The notes beneath the pieces are model-generated. The model did no database searches. It saw nothing but the letters and a program-made list of their open reading frames with translations, and was not told the DNA's origin. This document shows positions 56,061 through 64,000 of a stretch of 64,000 nucleotides of DNA, in pieces. The translations under genes and the position numbers were made by a program. Within the stretch, counting starts at the first letter, position 1, and every line of letters starts with the position of its first letter. Source of the DNA: Octopus vulgaris (taxonomy: Eukaryota); contig OX597814.1 of NCBI GenBank assembly GCA_951406725.2, forward strand, positions 29,202,001-29,266,000, given 5' to 3'.

Positions 56061-57090
56061 AAAATAGGTCCAAATTTTGCCGGGGTCCACTTTCATTCTT
56101 TCGATGTCAATAAAATAAAGTAGCAGTCAAGTCCTGGGGTCGATACAATCGTATTTTTTCTCCCACTCCTCACCAAATTTCTGAACTTGAAAGTGTTGTT
56201 TAAACGTAGATTTGCTCTGATAGAGTAGAACTATGTTCCAAGGCGTTTCATTTCTGACCATTCGATTGCTTTGTTTATCAGCAACTACATTGACCAATGT
56301 AATTAGAAATGGGGAAAGCTTTGAACAATGCAGAAAGATTAAAAAAAAAAAAACTTTATATTTCGGGCACAAAGGCCTATCTTCAGAAGGATACACTCAA
56401 AGAAATGTGTGTCTATTTTAGATAGACGGTTATCCAATATATTTTTTATTATTTTATAATCGAATGGTGTAAACTGAGGGTGAGTTTGCTGCTCTTTCGA
56501 GTGAGTTATAAAGGTTTTCTTCATTCTGATTAGCAACAGGTTAAGGTATTTTACGGTGTATAGTTACATCCCTTCACGTTTGCGTACAGATCCCACCGGG
56601 ATCGACTCAGCATGTCGTCCTTTCCGGATCGTTAAGGTACTGGCATTTGGCGGCGGCGGCGGCGGTGGCGGTGGTGGTGGTGGTGGTGATGGTGGTTTGT
56701 TGCTTGCACTACATCATCCAATGTTGTCCTCTTTTCCTTATTGAGGACAATGGAATGTGAATCGGAGGACGTTTTGGTTCCTATTTCTAACAGATCAAGT
56801 AACTATGTACAAGTCCGACCACCTTGGTAATGGTTTTACTAGTTGGATTTCATATAGAACACAACGTATGTCCGCGAAAAAACCCATCGCAATCCTTAAA
56901 TCGTATGGAATATAAATCAAATAAAGGAAAATCTGGCATAGTTCAAGACATTCTTTGTTCAGTAGAAACGTCATAACCAAAAACTGACAATCCCTTCTAT
57001 GCTTCGCAAATTCCTTATATCCCAATCACGTTATGTATATGAGTGTGTGTAAGTGTGCGCGTGCATGTGAATATATGTATATGCAATTAC

Positions 57091-57165
<75 letters not shown>

Positions 57166-57309
57166 TACTCTTTTACTCTTTTACTTGTTTCAGTCATTTG
57201 ACTGCGGCCATGCTAGCACCGCCTTTAGTCGAGCAAATCGACCCCGGGACTTATTCTTTGTAAGCCCAGTACTTATTCTATCGGTCTCTTTTGCCGAACC
57301 GCTAATGAC

Positions 57310-57365
<56 letters not shown>

Positions 57366-57367
57366 GA

Positions 57368-57430
<63 letters not shown>

Positions 57431-57432
<2 letters not shown>

Positions 57433-57580
57433 TTTATTAATAAAGCTGCAAAAACTGTTACTCAGAGTTTCACGTTCCCGTTCGTCGGACTGCTTATTAA
57501 TAAAGCATATTACCCTACCTCCGGTATTCTAGTGCTATTTTTTCCACCTTGTTTCACATCTATATGCTTTCTCTAGGACA
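57431..57580. mobile_element. CCGACGA-core HHR element with inverted 5' part
   Basis: HHR on the minus strand (57455-57490: CCGACGA ACG-GGAA-CGT GAAA CTC-t-GAG TA ACAG), while the tail matching 19200-19285 lies on the plus strand. Confidence 0.75.
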
Positions 57581-58197
57581 TATATATATATATATATATA
57601 TACCAAACAATATGCTTTTATCAGTTTCCTAGCCTTTATTTTTATTTATTTCTCTTTTACATGTTTGATTTCATTTTTCTCTCTTTTATTTTATTCTTTG
57701 TCTAAATTCAATTTACCTTATATTTAAGCAGTTTCTCTGGACGTTTCTCATTTTTTTTTCTCCTCCAGCAACATCCTCACATACTCCACAACCACTACCA
57801 ACGCCATCGTTAACTCCACAACCACAACCACCAACACCAATACTCAGTCGCCAGCATCGCCATGATTATTTCTAGTCTATCCATCTCCTCCTCCTCAGAA
57901 GAAGAAGAAGGAGAAGGGGAAAAAAATGCCAGACATTTTTCGACGCTGCATTGACTTTCGCTCATAAGTAAGCGTGGAGTGAAAAAGAAATTTGATAGTA
58001 TACCGTAGCTTCTCTCCCCCTGTCTGACTTGACTTGTTAGTCTATCCAATACAGACAGCTACTTAGCTCTATAAACGTGTGCGTGTGTGTGTGTGTGTGT
58101 GTATGTGTGTGTGTGTGTGCGTGTGTGTGTGTGTGTGCGTGTGTGTACGTGTGTGTTTGGGTGCGTGTGTGTTTGGGTGTTTGTATCTATGAATATA

Positions 58198-58273
<76 letters not shown>

Positions 58274-58372
58274 TACACACATATATATACACACAGACAT
58301 TGGGTACATACATCCCTAAATACTATGACTATATTTAGTAATAGGCCAGTGAATATTGAAAGAAATAAAATC

Positions 58373-58405
<33 letters not shown>

Positions 58406-58878
58406 ATGTATGAATGTATGTATTCTTGTATATATATATATATATATATATATGCATACATACATATATACATACCTATGCACATATATATGTATTATGT
58501 AGTGCGTGTGTGTGTGTGTATGTGCTGTGTTTGTTGGCGGTAGGATATAGAAACATTACAAAAGCGGAAATTTTGGTTTTAGCCATTTATCCGTGGATTT
58601 AATATCGCGTATGTAAATTTCTCTCTCTTCTTTCAGTATCTACCTACTAACCATATACAACCCACCCCCACTGCCCCTAATTTCAGCAAAATTTATTATT
58701 TTAAACATACACCTTCTCCTCGATTTACGACCTATGCGTCTTACGACCATCCACACTTACGACCTCAAAATCGAACGCTTTGCAAAGGTTGTGCGCATCA
58801 TTGAAGATGTTGTGCGTTGTTATCGTAAAATATATGACGAAAAATAAGAAAAAAGCTATACAAGCAAAACTCACCATT

Positions 58879-59131
58879 CAGTTCTATATTTATGAGATGA
58901 GGAATTATGTACATTATTTACATTATTTACATTAGTTACATTCGACGGATATTTGTCCTCATCTTGCTTGTTGTTAACACAACGTTTCGGCTGATATACC
59001 TTCCAGCTTTCTTCATGTGTCTTGGGGAAATTTCGAATCTGGGTTCTCATTCCTAAAGTAGTTTTCGATGTTGTTGTTGTTGTTGTTGTTGTTCAGGTCA
59101 CTGCTTGGAATCGAACTCGGAATCTTGGGTT
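58879..59131 (-). mobile_element. Second locus of the tRNA-headed HHR element
   Basis: Collinear with 13107-13370, with (AAC)n in place of (AAT)n. The HHR at 58976-59021 has ATGAAGA (C3 mutated). Confidence 0.88.
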
Positions 59132-59320
59132 TGGCGAATGAGGGAATTGCACTTCCTTCGCCGCTCTCATTTACGTTTCTTTGTCTGATGTGTGTTCTGG
59201 TATCTCAGATAAAAATTTGTCGAAGTGTTTCTGAATATATCTACATTTATGCCATGTTCTTTTGTCCCCTGCCACCATTCTCTTTAAAAAAGGTTCGTTT
59301 TCTTCACGTTTCTGCTACAT

Positions 59321-59483
59321 AGGCGCAGGAGTGGCTGTGTGGTAAGTAGCTTGTTTACCAACCACATTGTTCCGGGTTCAGTCCCACTGCGTGGCACCTT
59401 GGGCAAGTGTCTTCTACTATAGCCTCGGGCCGACCAAAGTCTTGTGAGTGGATTTGGTAAACGGAAACTGAAAGAAGCCCGTC

Positions 59484-59532
<49 letters not shown>

Positions 59533-59760
59533 TGTGTGTGTTTGTGTGTCTGTGTTTGTCCCCCTAGCATTGCTTGACAACCGATGCTGGTGTATTTAGG
59601 TCCCCGTTACTTAGCGGTTCGGCAAAATAGACCGATAGAATAAGTACTGGGCTTACAAAAGAATAAGTCCCGGGGTCGAGTTGCTCGATTAAAGGCGGTG
59701 CTCCAGCATGGCCGCAGTCAAATAACTGAAACAAGTTAAAGAGTAAAAGAGTAAAGAGTA
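59321..59760 (+). mobile_element. Full-length SINE family B
   Basis: Canonical head to (gtaaaaga)n tail. Confidence 0.95.
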
Positions 59761-60645
59761 TATCGCAGATGAAAATCTGTTGTGGGAGGTTAGCTTCATT
59801 CAATTGATGAGGAACCCAAACATCGAACTTGCTGACGTAACAAAATTGATGCAGATGGTTTTCAACACTTGATTTGGATATGTAGAGAACATTTGCGATC
59901 ATCTTGGGTGTATAACGGGAACTAGTTTCGCTGTTAATCTCAGTTGGTTGACTAGAGCGAGATGCATTGAAATCTTACAGACCACTTCTGGCATACACAT
60001 TCCGTAACACCACGTACATTCCTGCATTTTTCTGTCTCTTTCCTACCTTTTTTTAAAATATAAGAGCATGAGATGTCGATAATCTTCGTTTTGGCTTGTC
60101 ACAACTTCGCATCGAGCTACATTGAAGTGTCAAATATCTAACGAGTAGTGGAGCCGCAATGGCCCAGTGGTTAGGGCAGCGGACTCGCAGTCGTAGCATC
60201 GCGGTTTCGATTCCCAGACCGGGCGTTGTGAGTGTTTATTGAGCGAAAAACACCTAAAGCTCCACGAGGCTCCGGCAGGGGATGGTGGTGATCCCCGCTG
60301 TACTCTTTCACCACAACTTTCTCTCACTCTTTCTTCCTGTTTCTGTTGTACCTGTATTTCAAAGGGCCGGCCTTGTCACTCTCTGTGTCATGCTGAATAT
60401 CCCCGAGAACTACGTTAAGGGTACACGTGTCTGTGGAGTGCTCAGCCACTTACACGTTAATTTCACGAGCAGGCTGTTCCGTTGATCGGATCAACCGGAA
60501 CCCTCGTCGTCGGAAGCGACGGAGTGCTTCCACATCTAACGAGTGTGGAAGCACAAGGAACAGACTGCAGTTAACTACTTATTAGCTACTTATTATTTGA
60601 AGTTTAGTGCCGACAAAATCAGAACGGACATTTTTGCCAATCCAG
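59761..60645 (-). mobile_element. Mariner 5' remnant interrupted by a SINE
   Basis: KSSVENHLHQFCYVSKFDVWVPHQLNE (WVPHEL motif). TIR-like tggattggcaaaaatgtccgttctgattt at about 60643. Confidence 0.85.
60147..60533 (+). mobile_element. Full-length SINE family C with 11-bp TSD
   Basis: ATCTAACGAGT at 60136-60146 and 60534-60544. Confidence 0.95.
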
Positions 60646-60707
60646 CTGGACATAAAAATAAATACATAAAAAACATACATACATATACATGCAATGGGGT
60701 ATGAATC

Positions 60708-60781
<74 letters not shown>

Positions 60782-61117
60782 GGGAATGAAAGTTTAGGCT
60801 ATAAACAAAAATTAATGCAAAGGGGGAAGCCAATATCGGCGAAACTTTAAAATAAATAGTCACCGTAAAGTATGAAAAAATATTGACAATAACTATTCTT
60901 TTAACTCTATAACAAATAACTAAATTTTCTTTTACTGCATGTTTAATATATTATAAGTACACAATCTACATGTAATCATTACTGATTATAGAATTAAAAT
61001 AATATTTATTATTAATATTTTTCATAATTAATTTTGACTGTTTACTTTGAAATTTCGCCATTATTGATCTCTCTCTTTACATTACTTTTCCTGTACATTC
61101 AAAACGTTAACCCCCCC
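60782..61117. mobile_element. Old MITE with ~80-bp diverged inverted ends
   Basis: ggcgaaactttaaaataaatagtca versus tgactgtttactttgaaatttcgcc. Mirrored ORF translations (MTIYFKVSP / MTVYFEISP). Confidence 0.65.
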
Positions 61118-61259
61118 CTTTCCCCTACTCTCCCTAATTTTACTTCAGTTCAGTTCTTCCCTCCATCAATTATTACTATATATAAGGAAAATTTCGTCTT
61201 AGTAATCCTTGTTTAAGAAGGCTGTGTCGAAGGATTTTCGAAATATACAGTCACGATTG

Positions 61260-61368
<109 letters not shown>

Positions 61369-61595
61369 CAGATATTCTGCGTACAGAATACATTTAGTAG
61401 TGCTCAAGGGAATTAAACTTGAGCGGGTATAGAAATAAAGGGATAAGCAAGTTAGTCAGATCAATATATAAAGTTTTACTATATTAATACATGAAATGCA
61501 AAAAGATGTATACATGTTTACGTACAAGAATATCCGACTTACACATAATACAAATGATATAGAGGATTAAAGGAGTTAAAGAAAAGTATTACAAA

Positions 61596-61686
61596 TCCAA
61601 CGGCTGTTTCTGGGAGCCCGACGGTCCATAATAGTGTTTGTAGATTGATTCCATCATAGGATGAGACGAGCCTCAGTCTTCAGGGA
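61596..61686 (-). ncRNA. Hammerhead motif with long stem II insertion
   Basis: Minus strand reads TCC CTGAAGA ctgaggctcg...cgggctccca GAAA CAGCCG TT GGA. Near-palindromic stem III and 3-bp stem I. Confidence 0.55.
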
Positions 61687-61737
61687 AGAGATTTTACATT
61701 TGAGATGTTAATGGAAAGAAGTTTAAAAATGGAATAA

Positions 61738-62392
61738 TTGGTATTTAGGTAGTGTGTTACATATCCCAGTGCCCTAATAGTTACAAGTATAAACCTGAAC
61801 TTGTAATCTGGATAGAGTAACTGCAAGTTTCTCAATAGTTCAGCGTAGGTATTTTCTTTTCCGCTGATCATTAGTTTTATGTTAACATTCATTGAGGCAG
61901 CTGATTTCCACAAATGTGCACAGTTTCTCTTCTCTATCCCAAATCATTATATCAGGTCTTTTGCGTTTACATTTTATTGAGGTTGTATGTATGTGTGTAT
62001 GTCATTGTTCAGTTTTATTTTAAGATTTCTTGCTAATAGAGAAAGAGCCGTTTTCTAACCCAGATTCAAGGCTCCTTCATTGGAATTTCAACATCAACAA
62101 CAGGGTATTTTTGTTTCTATGTATGTATGTATGTATGTATGTATGTATGTATGTATGTATGTACGTATGTATGTGTGCAGATTTATATGCTTTGCTTTAT
62201 GTATGTATTCTCATGCATATAGTTGCATATCTAGACATGCTCATATATATTTAAATGATAAACTTCTGGAAAGTTTTACAGATTTTTACAGTTCCAGTGA
62301 TAGTTTGGATCTGTAGTCTTCGAATTAGCTTTCTCCTTTCTGTTTTTAAAAAAGCCTAATTTCTCAAGATTAGTATTTAAGCAGTGTGTTCT
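61738..62392 (-). mobile_element. R4/Dong-type non-LTR retrotransposon remnants (restriction-like endonuclease domain, C-terminus, 3' UTR)
   Basis: 61983 to 61738 reads KCKRKRPDIMIWDREEKLCTFVEISC...KENTYAELLRNLQLLYPDYKF...ALGYVTHYLNTN. 62390 to 62250 reads THCLNTNLEKLGF/ERRKLIRRLQIQTITGTVKICKTFQKFII*. Confidence 0.8.
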
Positions 62393-62664
62393 ATGTATGT
62401 ATTTAATGCATTTATATATCTATGCAGTGGCTACATATATATCCCAGTATGTATACCGTTCACCGATGAAATGAAAATCTGATGCTTTCGAAGATGCTTT
62501 CGAATCGAAGATGACGCAGCATAATACTCAGACCGTCTGAACGGCACAGCTAAAGATGCATTCAAAAAAAAAAAAACCATGAAGCAGGGATTAGTTCACT
62601 GGAAACCTGTAACCATTGATATCGCATTCACAGACAGGTAACAAGCAATAATAAATTAATTATT

Positions 62665-63260
62665 TAATTTATTTCTTTACTACCCACAGGGGGCTAAACA
62701 TAGAGGGGACACACAAGGAGATTATGTCGATTACATCGACCCCAGTGATTAACTGGTACTTATTTAATCGACCACGAAAGAATGAAAGGTAAAGTCGACC
62801 TAGGCGGAATTTGAACTCAGAACGTAACGGCTGACGAAATACCTATTTCTTTATTACCCACAAGGGGCTAAACATTAGAGGGGACAAACAAGGACAGACA
62901 TAGGTATTAAGTCGATTACATCGACCCAGTGCGTAACTGGTACTTAATTTTATCGACCCCGAAAGAATGAAAGGCAAAGTCGACCTAGGCGGAATTTGAA
63001 CTCAGAACGTAACGGCTGACGAAATACCTATTTCTTTATTACCCACAAGGGGCTAAACATAGAGGGGACAAACAAGGACAGACATAGGTATTAAGTCGAT
63101 TACATCGACCCAGTGCGTAACTGGTACTTAATTTTATCGACCCCGAAAGGATGAAAGGCAAAGTCGACCTCGGCGGAATTTGAACTCAGAACGTAACGGC
63201 TGACGAAATACCGCAAAGCATTTCGCCCGGCGTGCTAACGTTTCTGCCAACTCGCCGCCT
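62665..63260 (-). mobile_element. SINE family A multimer (head plus ~185-bp repeated units)
   Basis: Junction gacgaaatacctatttcttt at about 62835 and 63020. Confidence 0.92.
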
Positions 63261-63268
63261 TTTAAACA

Positions 63269-63348
63269 AGCATTATTAAACAAACCATCTGGGTGGATTT
63301 AATTAATTCTTTAATTAAAGCCACCCAGATGGTTTGTTTAAGAATGCT
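63269..63348. repeat. 80-bp near-perfect hairpin
   Basis: 38-bp arms with 2 mismatches and a 4-nt loop. Confidence 0.9.
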
Positions 63349-63554
63349 CGATCCTTGAACGTATTGTTTAATCTGCTTTTTTCATACTGGAACGACACGA
63401 CTTACGCTGATAATCTGGAACCTCTTATAATCCGCATGAATGTACGAGCAGGAACTTCAAATCCCTGAAGCTATCAGACTAGTTTACCGTTACCTTACTC
63501 AGTACATGATTAATAAACTAGCATCATTTATACTAATGTACTGGTATCTATACT

Positions 63555-63766
63555 CTTTTTTTTACTCTTTTACTTGTTTCAGTCATTTGACTGCGGCCAT
63601 GCTGGAGCACCGCCTTTAGTCGAGCAAATCGACCCCGGGACTTATTCTTTGTAAGCCCAGTACTTATTCTATCGGTCTCTTTTTGCCGAACCGCTAAGTG
63701 ACGGGGACATAAACACACCAGCATCGGTTGTCAAGCAATGCTAGGGGGACAAACACAGACACACAA

Positions 63767-63823
<57 letters not shown>

Positions 63824-63985
63824 TACGACAGGCTTCTTTCAGTTTCCGTCTACCAAATCCACTCACAAGGCATTGGTCGGCCCGGGGCTATAGCAGAAGA
63901 CACTTGCCCAAGATGCCACGCAGTGGGACTGAACCCGGAACCATGAGGTTGGTTAGCAAGCTACTTACCACACAGCCACTCCTGC
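63555..63985 (-). mobile_element. Full-length SINE family B
   Basis: Reverse complement of the canonical family B sequence. Confidence 0.95.
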
Positions 63986-64000
63986 ACTCTATATTTCATT

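Overview
AT-rich eukaryotic (animal) DNA saturated with microsatellites and interspersed repeats. The SINE repertoire and simple-repeat density suggest an octopus/cephalopod intergenic or intronic region (inference). I found no credible host protein-coding exon, and almost every ORF in the track is a microsatellite or SINE read-through. Supported features are three abundant tRNA-derived SINE families, a near full-length Tc1 element, three mariner remnants, several MITE/foldback elements, a non-autonomous Helitron, Penelope-like (PLE) RT and GIY-YIG remnants, R4/Dong-type RT and RLE remnants, a 5S rRNA-headed SINE3-like copy and three satellites. The main signal is about 15 minimal type I hammerhead ribozyme (HHR) motifs from several unrelated small TA-associated elements. 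These include a ~300-nt tRNA-headed (Pol III) element with an internal HHR, a tandem HHR pair 290 nt apart (retrozyme-like), and families with recurrent non-canonical cores (CCGACGA, CUGUCGA). All structures were read by eye. No folding, alignment or database search was run.
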